Origin: a virus
IMG/VR virus record: IMGVR_UViG_3300022213_000237
Span: 1-64,000 of that record
DNA: 64,000 bases
Direction: 5' to 3' (one strand)
A program made the translations under genes and the position numbers. The first letter of the stretch is position 1. The number at the start of each line of letters is the position of its first letter. The notes under the pieces are model-generated. The model saw only the letters and a program-made list of their open reading frames with translations, made no database searches and was not told where the DNA came from. Positions 26,158 to 36,843 of the stretch are shown here, in pieces.

Positions 26158-28452
26158 ATGTCGGACAAGAAACTACAAATTTCCGCAGATCTAAAGATCA
26201 AGACCACTGAGGCGGAACGCACACTCCAAAAACTCCAAAAAGAAGGAGTGAAAATATCGAACATCCTGAAAGGATTAGATATTAGCACCTCCGGAGGACG
26301 TGCCGGATTTGCCAAATCCCTCCTCACCGCCAACAAAGAGATGGTGAAGTTGCGCGGCACCACGCACGACACCGCCAAAGTAATGGAGCACGTCTACGGA
26401 CGACAGCTTGAGAAACAGTCAAAGAATCTTGATGCCTACACCAAAAAAATAGAGCGTCTAAACAAGCAGTTTAAGGCTCAGCAATACAATGCGCAGTTTC
26501 AGTCCGAAGTCGGAAATGCCGCCTTGGGCTCGAAATATTCGGCGATGGCAAGTCGTACTGCGGACAAAATCGTTGTCGCCGAGGCCGCACGCCAGGCCAT
26601 TCAGACCTCTCTTAAGGATTTGAAAGATACGGGCAGCGGTTCCAAGCCAGGTGGCATTTCTGTTGATACCGCACGCCTAGGCGTAGCTATTGCTCAATCC
26701 GTGGTCGGGGCCATGGGTCAGTTTGCGGGCACGTTCCAAAGCGGCAAGACCATGTATGCTCAGAATCTGGCCGCCACCAGAGGTTACGAAAACAAGCTAT
26801 TGCGCAGCATGTATGGTGGTGATTTTAGCGACATGTATTTTGGGGTACGTGGTACCGGTGGGAAAAGCAATATCGAAATGGCTAAAGACCAAGCTGGTGG
26901 TACTGGCACTGGTACTTTTATGAATTTCGCTAACGGCGTTAGTGGTATTCTCGGCGCTACCGGTAGCGCTCTTACTTTAAAGTCTGGATCAGCTGGCGGC
27001 GGGATGGGCGGTAGAAGTGTAATGACCGGTGGAGATTATGCGGGCGCGAGTAGTGGTATCATGGGCAATATGAACCAAACGTTCGGGGCCATGCAGAATC
27101 AACTGAAGGGTGGGCCGCAAGCTATGGAAACCGCCGCCCAACAGGCACAAATTGAGGCAATGAAAGCCCAAGACCCTTTGTCTCAATTGATGTTACAAAA
27201 CTTGCAGGCGACAGCGGGCATGCGTGTTGGGGCCGCTAAGGGATTGCAAGGGCGTCATATGTTGGCTGCCGGCATCGGTAGCGGTTTTGGTGGTATAGAT
27301 ATGGGTGAGTCCTTCGGACTAGCTCAAGGTCTGACTCGTCAGTTTGGCATGGAGTCTATTTCTGGTGGCCGTAACTCGTTAATGGCTAATACTTTAGGCT
27401 TGGAGCGTAAGGGTATCGACCGATCAGTAGCGGGAAGCGCTTTAGGTAACATTATGGTGGCCGGAGGTGGTGGAGAAAAAGGAATGAACGCCGCCAACAA
27501 GGCTGTTGAGGACATCATGACGAAGGCTTTTTCTCGCGGAATCAAAGATGCTCGAATCGCTGAAGAATTCGTAAAAGCGTCAGGTGATCTGGCTTTTGGT
27601 ACTGGCGGTGCCACTAAAGACATTGCTCAATTGGGCATGATGTTCTCTACTAACGCTAATTCTGTTCGTCAAGCACAGATGAACGTAAGTGGTATGGAAG
27701 CTGCGAGTCAACTTCGTGACAGTAATCCTTATTTTAAAGCCGTTAGCGCCGAGGCGGCAAAAGGGGTGCTTGGGCCGAATGCTTCCGGCTTGCAGATGAT
27801 GGCTGTTTCTAAATCCTCACTCCCCCAACTTCTTGGCGGTAGCGATTTTCTCGAAAGTGCAGGCGTTAGCTTAGATCAAAGTCGAGGTATAGCCAAGCAA
27901 TCATTTAATAGTATGTTTGGCGACATTGGACGTAGCGACGATAAAGCCACCGCCCCCTTCAGAGAAGCACTTCTCGCCAATAAGGGTGATGTGGCAGCTA
28001 CACTGCAAGACCCACGCAACGCCTTTGGTGGCTTCAACAAGCAAGCCGCTACATTCCTACACGCTACAGGAAGAGGTGGTGGTAGTTTTGAAACTGCTTT
28101 GGGTCTAATGAACGATCTACAGGGCATCGACACTAAAGCTGAAGGAAAGGGTGCTAAAAATATGCCCAGCCATGGTGACGCAACTGCAGAAGCTCAGGTC
28201 CGGGCACAGCAACGCGTAGTTACGAATCTCATAAACGAAGAAGTGGCAGCACGAAAGCGGTTATTGACGGCTTTGGATACAACGAGCGTCGACAAAACAA
28301 TGGCCGCAACCAAAGGCGGTGCCAATGCCGACTTTAAGAGTGCTCAGATTTTCATGGAACAGCTTATTCAGATTCTCAAGGAAGCTTCGTTCCGAATGGA
28401 ACATAGGGACCAAAACGCAGCCGACACCTCTAATCAAGCAGGACCTAGATAA
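26158..28452 (+). CDS. Tape measure protein
   Basis: 764 aa, Ala/Gly/Gln/Met-rich and helical, between chaperones and hub. Confidence 0.75.
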   Translation: MSDKKLQISADLKIKTTEAERTLQKLQKEGVKISNILKGLDISTSGGRAGFAKSLLTANKEMVKLRGTTHDTAKVMEHVYGRQLEKQSKNLDAYTKKIERLNKQFKAQQYNAQFQSEVGNAALGSKYSAMASRTADKIVVAEAARQAIQTSLKDLKDTGSGSKPGGISVDTARLGVAIAQSVVGAMGQFAGTFQSGKTMYAQNLAATRGYENKLLRSMYGGDFSDMYFGVRGTGGKSNIEMAKDQAGGTGTGTFMNFANGVSGILGATGSALTLKSGSAGGGMGGRSVMTGGDYAGASSGIMGNMNQTFGAMQNQLKGGPQAMETAAQQAQIEAMKAQDPLSQLMLQNLQATAGMRVGAAKGLQGRHMLAAGIGSGFGGIDMGESFGLAQGLTRQFGMESISGGRNSLMANTLGLERKGIDRSVAGSALGNIMVAGGGGEKGMNAANKAVEDIMTKAFSRGIKDARIAEEFVKASGDLAFGTGGATKDIAQLGMMFSTNANSVRQAQMNVSGMEAASQLRDSNPYFKAVSAEAAKGVLGPNASGLQMMAVSKSSLPQLLGGSDFLESAGVSLDQSRGIAKQSFNSMFGDIGRSDDKATAPFREALLANKGDVAATLQDPRNAFGGFNKQAATFLHATGRGGGSFETALGLMNDLQGIDTKAEGKGAKNMPSHGDATAEAQVRAQQRVVTNLINEEVAARKRLLTALDTTSVDKTMAATKGGANADFKSAQIFMEQLIQILKEASFRMEHRDQNAADTSNQAGPR

Positions 28453-30380
28453 TGGCATTAGTTTATGACCTAAAGCCTACTGGTGGCGATATTCACGATG
28501 TGGCTCCTTATTGGTTTGCTGCGTTCGTGCGTTTTGAATACCGAGACACCTTCTCTCGCGCAAGAATGAATAGCACACCCCAAAACTCTAGTGCCGTGGA
28601 AGTAAGTGAGGGCGTAAAAGAACAAGATCTCTTAATCGCCGACAACGATGTCGTTGCGTGGTCGGTAACTACCTCCAAGTCGTCACACACCAGCGCTCTT
28701 AGCTGCACCCTTAGTGCCGGAAACATTGATTACACCAGCGCCTTAGCTTCCGGAGACTGGGTGGGGTTCTGGGCTTTTGATAATAAGCAAGATTATATAC
28801 GTGTAAGAGAAGAAGTCCGTAAAGCTAACCCCGCTAACGGATTTATGGACGGGCTTAAGTTTTTGGGGCGTGTTGATGCCATACGACGCAGAGAGGCGCG
28901 TGCGCCAACGGGACAAAAACAAATACAGTACACCCTTACTGGAACAGGATTTAGTGAGTTCGATGCTACCGTTTATTACAATTCCTTTTATAAAGCCAAA
29001 TACGGGCAAGATGCATTGCTTTGGATGCTTGATTTTGGAGACGGGGAAGATAATCTCATTCTTGGATCTACGTACGCCAAAGGTCTTATAGGTTCCCAAG
29101 AGGCTATTCCCAAATTACTTCGCATTTGTATGGGGTTGTCTCAGGATAGTAGCGGCAATGTAACTGCGCAGGGTCCTTCAGACGAGTCAGCTTGGTTATC
29201 GAAAGAATGGCAAACAAAACCACAAAATGCAGCTCTCCACGGCACATTAAATAAAGGTTATATGGTGCCACCAACGGTGGGCAAATGGTTTGGCGACAAG
29301 AAAGAGCAATCTCAAACAAACTTTAAGGGCCTACTTAGCTATCCAGACATTTTGCGATCTTATATTGGAGTGCAGTCGTATGATGGAGGCGCCACCATAA
29401 ACAGGGATCGCTCCTTTCCTGATGATTTAAAATCCTTTACTTCTCAAATCAGAAATTTCAATAAGAACACCTATTTTACCGATAAAGATCTTACGGGAGT
29501 GTATCGAGTATTGACCATGCACTTCGACAATCGTTCAGTCTGGGCCATTCTTCAGACCTACGTTAATGATCCCATAGACGAGATGTACAGCTGCCTACGT
29601 GTGGACCCAAACGGTAAAGTCCACCCCTCGTTGGTTGTGCGTCAGACTCCTCTGTCTAGTAACTGGTACGCTCAAAACGGTAAGTACGGCAATCAAGTAA
29701 CTCCCTTTCTTAGCCTGCCCCGTTGGCGCCCACACGGAGATATTGTCACTGAATTAGATGTGGGACGAAGTAATGTCTTACGTCATAACTACATTCAGTT
29801 GTTAGGTCAGGATATGTCTGGGACTAATACTCAAGATAACGAGACGCTTGGTTTTGTGCGCAATCTACCAGTTATAGATCCTACAGACGCGAACCGATGC
29901 GGATTGAGAATGTACGAGAAGCAGCTTTCCGCTAACGTCAATGAGGCTCTAGCCTCTAATTCCGACTCGCAAGGTAGCATGTGGACGCAGATTATGGCCG
30001 ACATTCTTTTCGGCAGTCATTTGAAGTACAGCGGAACCATGGTCTGTAAAGGTATACAAGAACCTATTTGTGAGGGGGACAACCTCGAATACGATAACGT
30101 CGTATATCAAATCGAAGGTATTTCTCATTCCGGTTCTATTAATGTGTTTGGGCAAAGAGATTTTGTAACCACGTTGCAAATTAGTAATGGCGTGTCGGCA
30201 TTTAATCTAGAGGGGACAGAAGTCATGTATCCGGATTTGCGTGAAAGATTCCAGCAGTCCCCCAGCTCTAGATTTTCTTCCAGTGATACTACTTTTGCCC
30301 AAGGTCGAAAAGAACAATTTAAAGCCAGTACAGTAGAACGCGAAGGACCTGACGTATCTAGCGAAGAGGATAAGCAATAA
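28452..30380 (+). CDS. Baseplate hub protein
   Basis: Synteny; C-terminal GTM..KG...I..GDN...Y.IEGISH typical of hub folds. Confidence 0.7.
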   Translation: MALVYDLKPTGGDIHDVAPYWFAAFVRFEYRDTFSRARMNSTPQNSSAVEVSEGVKEQDLLIADNDVVAWSVTTSKSSHTSALSCTLSAGNIDYTSALASGDWVGFWAFDNKQDYIRVREEVRKANPANGFMDGLKFLGRVDAIRRREARAPTGQKQIQYTLTGTGFSEFDATVYYNSFYKAKYGQDALLWMLDFGDGEDNLILGSTYAKGLIGSQEAIPKLLRICMGLSQDSSGNVTAQGPSDESAWLSKEWQTKPQNAALHGTLNKGYMVPPTVGKWFGDKKEQSQTNFKGLLSYPDILRSYIGVQSYDGGATINRDRSFPDDLKSFTSQIRNFNKNTYFTDKDLTGVYRVLTMHFDNRSVWAILQTYVNDPIDEMYSCLRVDPNGKVHPSLVVRQTPLSSNWYAQNGKYGNQVTPFLSLPRWRPHGDIVTELDVGRSNVLRHNYIQLLGQDMSGTNTQDNETLGFVRNLPVIDPTDANRCGLRMYEKQLSANVNEALASNSDSQGSMWTQIMADILFGSHLKYSGTMVCKGIQEPICEGDNLEYDNVVYQIEGISHSGSINVFGQRDFVTTLQISNGVSAFNLEGTEVMYPDLRERFQQSPSSRFSSSDTTFAQGRKEQFKASTVEREGPDVSSEEDKQ

Positions 30381-31357
30381 TGAGTAAGCTTAAAGACGGT
30401 ACAATAGTACCACACTTTTTGGGCGTATCTTCGGGTCCGGGTCCGTCTACTACAGCTCTGTCCATGAATGACTTGCGTCTGCGTATCGGACGTATAGTCG
30501 CCGTCTATCCTCCGGATTCAAACGCGAATAGCAATAAGAAATTTTTTGAGTACGATGTCGAAGTGGATGTCGGTGCCGGCTTGACTAAAGTTTATCCCCG
30601 AGCGGTAATGATGGATCCACTCGGTGGCATAGCCGACACTTTCAACTTCACGCCCCGCATTTCCCAAGGCGGACAGGGCCAGGTAGATGCGGGTACGCGC
30701 GTATTGTTGATGTGCATTAACGGACAAGGTGGACATGCCGTCATTATTGGCGGTGCCAAGCATTTTGGTCGTACTGAAAAAGAAGATAAGGCCGATGGCC
30801 ACAACATGGTGCTGGAGTTCAACGGCATCAACATAAGCATCAACAAGGATGGAGACCTCACCATCCTCCATAAAGGCGCTACCGACGCGAAAGGTAAAGT
30901 CACTGACGATTCCGAAGACACTAACGGCACCAAAATCGTATTGGATAAGAATGGTGACGTCCTCGTTTCTGCAGGCAAGAATGGTAACGCGTCTATCCAG
31001 TTAGACAGCAAGAATAAGCACGTGGTCGTAAAAGCGGACGCCACATTAATTGGTGACGCCACCGACCATATGATGCTGGGCGACACGTTTCGAAACGCAC
31101 AGAAGCAAATGCACCAGGAACTTAAGGCCCAGTTACAGCAAGCCTCCACGGCACTAGGAATTGCTAGTTCGCTTCTTACGACTGCCGGTGCCGCCATGGC
31201 GGTACCAATTTCTGGCGCTGTAGCTGCGGGCCCACAGATTACCAGCGCTTCTGTACAATTAAAGATGGCGAGTACAGCACTCGGCCAGATGAATAGCGCT
31301 ATATCTACATTTGAGTCGGGCGGGCCTTACTTGTCTGACTCCAACAAAAACGACTAG
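30380..31357 (+). CDS. Baseplate central spike (OB-fold + beta-helix)
   Basis: G.IV...EYDV..G.RVLL.C.NG..AVIIG, then I.I.KDG.L.I repeats. Confidence 0.75.
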   Translation: MSKLKDGTIVPHFLGVSSGPGPSTTALSMNDLRLRIGRIVAVYPPDSNANSNKKFFEYDVEVDVGAGLTKVYPRAVMMDPLGGIADTFNFTPRISQGGQGQVDAGTRVLLMCINGQGGHAVIIGGAKHFGRTEKEDKADGHNMVLEFNGINISINKDGDLTILHKGATDAKGKVTDDSEDTNGTKIVLDKNGDVLVSAGKNGNASIQLDSKNKHVVVKADATLIGDATDHMMLGDTFRNAQKQMHQELKAQLQQASTALGIASSLLTTAGAAMAVPISGAVAAGPQITSASVQLKMASTALGQMNSAISTFESGGPYLSDSNKND

Positions 31358-31359
31358 TT

Positions 31360-31701
31360 ATGCCTAAATTAACCATTACCACAAACCAAGAGGGCGTAAT
31401 TACTGACGTTGAGGGCGACCTCGAAGCCGCCTTTGCTAATGGCGTACAAGACACAGATTTTGCGTCCGTGGTAGATGCGATGAAGCTCTATAGTCATCCA
31501 TCAGTTCAGAGCGTAAAAACTGATGTAAAGGCGGCATTTAAGTCACTGTTGGCTGCCATGATGGTGGCCTTCAATATCAAACGAGCATTTCCGGTGGGTC
31601 TTACAACTACAGTTACTTTAGCTAAATTAACCGCTTTGGGCACCGAAGGATCATTGACCTTCACGGACGGTATCTTGACCGGAAAGATTGACCCAACATA
31701 A
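31360..31701 (+). CDS. Small virion protein, paralog of the C-terminal part of 36844-37491
   Basis: Shared AFA.G...TD and VTLAKLT...GSLTF.DGILT.K.DPT. Confidence 0.65.
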   Translation: MPKLTITTNQEGVITDVEGDLEAAFANGVQDTDFASVVDAMKLYSHPSVQSVKTDVKAAFKSLLAAMMVAFNIKRAFPVGLTTTVTLAKLTALGTEGSLTFTDGILTGKIDPT

Positions 31702-31726
31702 TCTATACGCTTGACCCTTCTTTTTC

Positions 31727-32140
31727 ATGGCCAACTCACTCTACATACTCGGCAAACAAGGCTTACTTCATGGTAGCTTCGCGCTTGACGTGGACACCAT
31801 GAAGTTGGCGTTGATTTCCTCTTCTTATGTTCCTGATCTATCGATACATCAATACTATAGTGATGTAAATGGATACTTAATTGGTGCTTCACAGACAATG
31901 ACGGGCGTTTCTGTTGCTAACGGTGTTTTTAACAGTTCTTCTGTTACATTTAACGCCGTTGCAGGCGGATCTGAGGTTCGATATTTTGTAATTTATAAAG
32001 ACACAGGGGTGGCAAGCACTAGTCCTTTGCTGGTACTTATTGACACCACCACGGGAGTAACGCTTCCGTTTAACACAAACGGTGGCGACATTGTCTGGGC
32101 GCCGGATTCAGGGGTAAATAAGATTTTTAGGTTAGTGTAG
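31727..32140 (+). CDS. Minor tail/virion protein
   Basis: MAN.LY..G...DTMKLAL...VIYKDTG..TSPL pattern common in phage tail genes. Confidence 0.65.
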   Translation: MANSLYILGKQGLLHGSFALDVDTMKLALISSSYVPDLSIHQYYSDVNGYLIGASQTMTGVSVANGVFNSSSVTFNAVAGGSEVRYFVIYKDTGVASTSPLLVLIDTTTGVTLPFNTNGGDIVWAPDSGVNKIFRLV

Positions 32141-32176
32141 GTAATTTAAAAGTTTCAACAAAAAGGGCGGTATAAG

Positions 32177-34291
32177 ATGGCTATTCAAGACGATTTTAGT
32201 ATTTCTGCAACTGGCGATATTCGCTATACTGGCTCTGGAGCCAACTATACGGTAATTGCACTCCATCGCTGGCTTGGCGACTTGATGGACGACGCTCAGG
32301 CATCGGGTAACGATATCCTTGACATTACCGACGCCACTGCTTCTGAACGCGCCACCGACAACCTAATTACTTTAAAATCTCCGTATAATATCGACGCCGT
32401 AGCTGCTCAGCATTTATATGACGGTTCTATTGTACAAAGCAATGGCGATGATATCTGGGACGGTTTGGTAGTTATCGCTCCTGCTGGCAGCTATTTATAT
32501 ATCCAACAAAACGGTAATAACGTAACGCCCAACTTCTGGACCACGGGACTAAACGCCGACTCAGCTAACGGTATTAGTCACCGTTTCATGATTAAAGTAC
32601 GGTCAGGTGGATCTGATATCGACGGACGACGTCTAGTTGGTATTACCCGTGAACACGGTAAAGTGTATTCAGAATTTAGAATTAACGGTACCTCTCGCGG
32701 CAACAACGTTCTGGCTCTCAGTGCTGGAGACGACCTAAACTTTACTACTTCAGCCGCTACAATCAAGGGTTGGAATACCATCTCAAATACTGAAGGGTAT
32801 CGCCTATTAGACGTAGACAACAATACCGTCAACGAAGCTTACTACAGCGAATGGAATAGAGCTACTTTTTCGATTAATCAGTTGTATGAACGAACCAAAT
32901 GGCTCTCAAGACGGGCTACGGTTGAGGATTCCAATTCAGATACCGGCACGGATTATGCTATCGGCAATGGCACTATTACTGGCCAGGCTCAGTCATTTGC
33001 AAACGGTAGCGTAGCACAATACGTTACCAGAGTTCATGCCAGATTGCGCAAAACCGGCTCTCCTACTGGCAACCTTACGGCCAAAATTTATGCCCATAGC
33101 GGATCTTTTGGATCTTCGTCGGTTCCTACTGGCGGAGCGCTGGCGACTAGCGTGAACATCGACGTCTCAAAGCTAACCACCACTTACGCTGAAACTGAAA
33201 TTGGATTCACTACCCAATATTTAATGACTGCTTCCACCAACTACGTAGTATCATTTGAATATAGTGGTGGAGATGGGTCTAATTATGTAGAAGTAGAAGG
33301 CGCAGCGTCTGGCACGCACGCCGGAAATCGCTCAGAAAACACTGGATCTTGGGGAGCGTCTGCTGGTTCTGATTTGTGGTTTGCGGTTTACGACTCACCT
33401 CAACTTTATGGTTTGTCAGGCGAAGTGTTCCGTGGCATCACACACGAAGTTGCAATAGGATCACCTTCAGGCACATTCAATGCAGTAGAATTAGTCACTT
33501 GGTCTGGTGGTAGCGGCCAAATGTTTGCTATTGACTCGCCTACTGCTGGAACTAAGATGTGGATCCAGCTCTTGACTGGTGTAGCGCCAACCAACACTCA
33601 AACTATCACTGGATTTAGTAGTTCTGCAACGGCGGTAGCTAGTGGTACTGCGACTGAACGTTCTTTATCGTTCCCGTTCCTGGGCGTTTCCACCGGCTCC
33701 GCGCTTATTGGTGGATACGGAGTTGGTGTCGAAACGGCAGACTTGACTGCTTCTGACAAGCTATTCGATCTGACTAACACTCAGCGCACTCCGCCAAACA
33801 ACGTGACGTTTACGGTCCAAGGGCTTGTTGCTTCTGAAGATCGTGTTCTAGTAGGTCCAGAATCAGGCGGTACTCTAGACGAAGCTCAGTTCGCCCTCAA
33901 TACTACGCTCAGTGGAGCGACCGAGACTTCTGTGGTTATTACCACTACCATTCCGTCTGACACTCCGTCATCTGGAACTATTCGCATAGAGCTTGATAGC
34001 GGGATTTATCGACGAGTGCCTTATACTTCATTCTCTGGATCTACATTCACCATCGCCAGCACTGATTTTAGTTCAGACAACGCAACTGCTCCAGCTAATG
34101 TGTATATTTCTTACATTGACAAGCTTGCGGGTTCGTCCAGCGAGACCTTCACCGTAGTTTATTCTTCGAATCGTTCATTGTTTGTACGTGTACGCGACGG
34201 TGGCGGCACTCCGATCAAGACCTTCGAAACTACCGGTACTTTGGGGTCGGCAGGCGGTTCATCTACAGTAATTCGTACTAGCGATACATAA
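32177..34291 (+). CDS. Tail fibre/baseplate-associated beta-rich protein
   Basis: S/T/G-rich 704 aa in the tail module. Confidence 0.6.
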   Translation: MAIQDDFSISATGDIRYTGSGANYTVIALHRWLGDLMDDAQASGNDILDITDATASERATDNLITLKSPYNIDAVAAQHLYDGSIVQSNGDDIWDGLVVIAPAGSYLYIQQNGNNVTPNFWTTGLNADSANGISHRFMIKVRSGGSDIDGRRLVGITREHGKVYSEFRINGTSRGNNVLALSAGDDLNFTTSAATIKGWNTISNTEGYRLLDVDNNTVNEAYYSEWNRATFSINQLYERTKWLSRRATVEDSNSDTGTDYAIGNGTITGQAQSFANGSVAQYVTRVHARLRKTGSPTGNLTAKIYAHSGSFGSSSVPTGGALATSVNIDVSKLTTTYAETEIGFTTQYLMTASTNYVVSFEYSGGDGSNYVEVEGAASGTHAGNRSENTGSWGASAGSDLWFAVYDSPQLYGLSGEVFRGITHEVAIGSPSGTFNAVELVTWSGGSGQMFAIDSPTAGTKMWIQLLTGVAPTNTQTITGFSSSATAVASGTATERSLSFPFLGVSTGSALIGGYGVGVETADLTASDKLFDLTNTQRTPPNNVTFTVQGLVASEDRVLVGPESGGTLDEAQFALNTTLSGATETSVVITTTIPSDTPSSGTIRIELDSGIYRRVPYTSFSGSTFTIASTDFSSDNATAPANVYISYIDKLAGSSSETFTVVYSSNRSLFVRVRDGGGTPIKTFETTGTLGSAGGSSTVIRTSDT

Positions 34292-34306
34292 TATTTATGG
34301 TGGTGA

Positions 34307-36130
34307 ATGGCTTCTGTAACCAACAATATGACCCGCATCCACGATGCGGAAGGCACACTCACCGCCGGTAATATCCCTTCCGGTGGTGCTGGTGCTACTG
34401 CTAATACAGACATTTTCTTACAAGGAAGTCAATCGTTAGGTAAACGTATTACTGTAACGGCAAGCACCGAAGGGTTTGCGTTAGTTGACGCCGCAGACAA
34501 CGATTGTTCGGCCTCTGGTACACATGTTGGTATGTGGATTTGGATTACACACTACTCAATCATGGACGATTTGCGTGTATCGCTATCTACTGGCACTACT
34601 CCATCCACGAACTACGATTATCACACAGTCCCTCTTTCAGAGTTCCCCGCCCTTGGTGGTTGGAAACGCGTGTGGGTACACGTAAACCGCACACCTAGCG
34701 GTACGGCGGGCTCGGGGTTAACCGAATCTCAGGTTCGATGTTATGGCGTACAAGTATCTTTTAGCTCCGGTCCTGGCGGTAGCGCTGCCAATTTGATGTT
34801 AGATGCAGCAGATTACGTTACTGGTCCTGCTTTGACCTTAACTGGAACGAGCGGGGTCTGGACTGATTTTACTACTTCAGATGAAAACTCTACCAATCAA
34901 TATGGTGTAATGCGTAATGTAGGCGGGGTCTATAACTTATTCGCTAGAGTTAAATTGGGCACCAGCGGCTCCTCTCTCGCATTCACGGATTCGAATTTTG
35001 CAGTCGTATACCCAGTTCAGTCACTCGTTCAGTCAACTTGGATGGGAATAGACGTTAGCCTGGAGCATGCTAGTACTGCAATTTCTTGGACAAACGGCGT
35101 TATAAAATCTGTATCAACCTCTGGTAATCAAGGTGATCTTTCGGTTGTTGGAACTTCCGGAACGCTTACTGCTACCGGAATGACAATGGCGTCGCTGCGT
35201 GCGGTCACTTTAACTTCGGTTTGTTCTTTTACGAACTCTTCGTTTATTAGCTGTGGTCAAATTACGGCTCCTGGTAGCACTTTGACCGGTAATAAATATT
35301 CAGGATACGAAGGAACTACCGACAGTGCTTATTTAGTATGGGATGTCAATACCGATACAGACGGCAAGCTAGATAGCTCGAGTTTTACTAAAGGTACTGC
35401 CGCCACCCATGCGATTGAATTGGGTACTTCTAGTCCAACGAGCGTGACGTTACGAAATATCGCCTTTTCTGGATACAATGCAAGCAATGCCCAGAACGAT
35501 TCTACAATTTTGGTCAGTAGAACCACAGGCACAGTAACTATCAGCTTAGTTGGATGTAGTGGAAACATTAGCTATAAGTCGGCTGGAGCTACCGTTACGT
35601 TGGTTGTAGATCCTGTAACGACTCAAGTCACCGTCAGGGACGTAGACACCGGGTCAGTTATACAAAATGCTCGAGTTTTACTAAAAACAGCAGACGGTAC
35701 GGGGCCGATGCCGTATCAAAAATCTACGACCATAACTAGGTCTGGTGCCACGGCCACGGCTTCATGTACCGGCCACGGATTAGTGACTAACGATTACGTT
35801 GTCATCAAAGGCGCTACCCAACAAGAATATAATGGTGTCTTTCAAGTAACAGTTTCGGACGCCAATACATTTACGTACACAGTTACTGGCACACCAGCCA
35901 CACCAGCCACTGGCACCATCACTACCACAGGCGCTCCGTTATACGGCCTAACCAACGCTTTTGGTATACTGTCTGCAACTAGGTCATTTACGACCAGCCA
36001 GCCAATTACAGGATGGGTTAGAAAGTCAAGTAGTGCCGATAACCCTAAATATAAAACCAGTACAGTCGGCGGAACCATTAGTAATACTACGGGGTTCTCT
36101 ACTACTATACAAATGATACCGGACCAATAA
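34307..36130 (+). CDS. Tail fibre-like protein with beta-helix and beta-sandwich segments
   Basis: T/S/G-rich; ATA.C..HGL...D.V.I.GA...YNG.F.VT...TFTY module. Confidence 0.6.
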   Translation: MASVTNNMTRIHDAEGTLTAGNIPSGGAGATANTDIFLQGSQSLGKRITVTASTEGFALVDAADNDCSASGTHVGMWIWITHYSIMDDLRVSLSTGTTPSTNYDYHTVPLSEFPALGGWKRVWVHVNRTPSGTAGSGLTESQVRCYGVQVSFSSGPGGSAANLMLDAADYVTGPALTLTGTSGVWTDFTTSDENSTNQYGVMRNVGGVYNLFARVKLGTSGSSLAFTDSNFAVVYPVQSLVQSTWMGIDVSLEHASTAISWTNGVIKSVSTSGNQGDLSVVGTSGTLTATGMTMASLRAVTLTSVCSFTNSSFISCGQITAPGSTLTGNKYSGYEGTTDSAYLVWDVNTDTDGKLDSSSFTKGTAATHAIELGTSSPTSVTLRNIAFSGYNASNAQNDSTILVSRTTGTVTISLVGCSGNISYKSAGATVTLVVDPVTTQVTVRDVDTGSVIQNARVLLKTADGTGPMPYQKSTTITRSGATATASCTGHGLVTNDYVVIKGATQQEYNGVFQVTVSDANTFTYTVTGTPATPATGTITTTGAPLYGLTNAFGILSATRSFTTSQPITGWVRKSSSADNPKYKTSTVGGTISNTTGFSTTIQMIPDQ

Positions 36131-36331
36131 ATGAGTGAACTAGATAAGAAAAATGCTGCAGCAGTATTTTTAGCCATTAGGAATATGGAAGAAAAAATGT
36201 TGGCCCAAGATGCAAAAATTCAGACATTGCATACTTTAGTACTTGATTTAATTAATCGTGTAGATAGTGTTGATCAAAAATGGGCACTACAAAAAATTGC
36301 AAGTATGGGAACAGGAGCGACTGTTAAATAA
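36131..36331 (+). CDS. Small coiled-coil protein
   Basis: Abuts neighbours; AT-rich. Confidence 0.55.
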   Translation: MSELDKKNAAAVFLAIRNMEEKMLAQDAKIQTLHTLVLDLINRVDSVDQKWALQKIASMGTGATVK

Positions 36332-36835
36332 ATGATATCTATAAATTGGGGCACACGAGTTATTTCGATACCGAAAGCCGACACGACACTTATACAGCTT
36401 ACGCCGTTTGAAATTAGGGAACTAGATTTAAATGCTTTTAGGTTAGCATTAAAAGATCTTGAGGACAGCGAAAATGGAATGGCTTTCCCTTACACACACA
36501 ATCACAATCCACCGGTATCTGTAGGTGGAGTTACGTTGGCTCGAGTTATTGAATTAGTTAACGACTACACTGTAACTTTTGAGAATGGCAACTATGCCGT
36601 GAATCTAGTCGGCGGCAATAGTAATGTAGCCGACAAGGTTAACTTGAATACAGTATCTGTGCGTGCCGCCAATTCCGCTGGCTTGGTACATTCCAGAGAG
36701 ATCGAAGAGCTTCATAAGCTACAAGGATTGAAGTCTGGATCCCCTATGACTGTCACCCCTACGTCTAGGACCGTAGACACCATCACCCAGACCATTTCGA
36801 CCTCAGGCAGCGACGTCACCGTAACCAGAAGCTAA
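36332..36835 (+). CDS. Virion/tail-associated protein
   Basis: Operon context; beta-rich. Confidence 0.55.
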   Translation: MISINWGTRVISIPKADTTLIQLTPFEIRELDLNAFRLALKDLEDSENGMAFPYTHNHNPPVSVGGVTLARVIELVNDYTVTFENGNYAVNLVGGNSNVADKVNLNTVSVRAANSAGLVHSREIEELHKLQGLKSGSPMTVTPTSRTVDTITQTISTSGSDVTVTRS

Positions 36836-36843
36836 AGGCGTTT

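Noticed and set aside
9788-35568. Many antisense or alternate-frame ORFs inside long genes (e.g. 9788-10414, 12948-13472, 30592-31197)
   Set aside because: Shadow ORFs of biased coding sequence with no RBS, promoter or motifs
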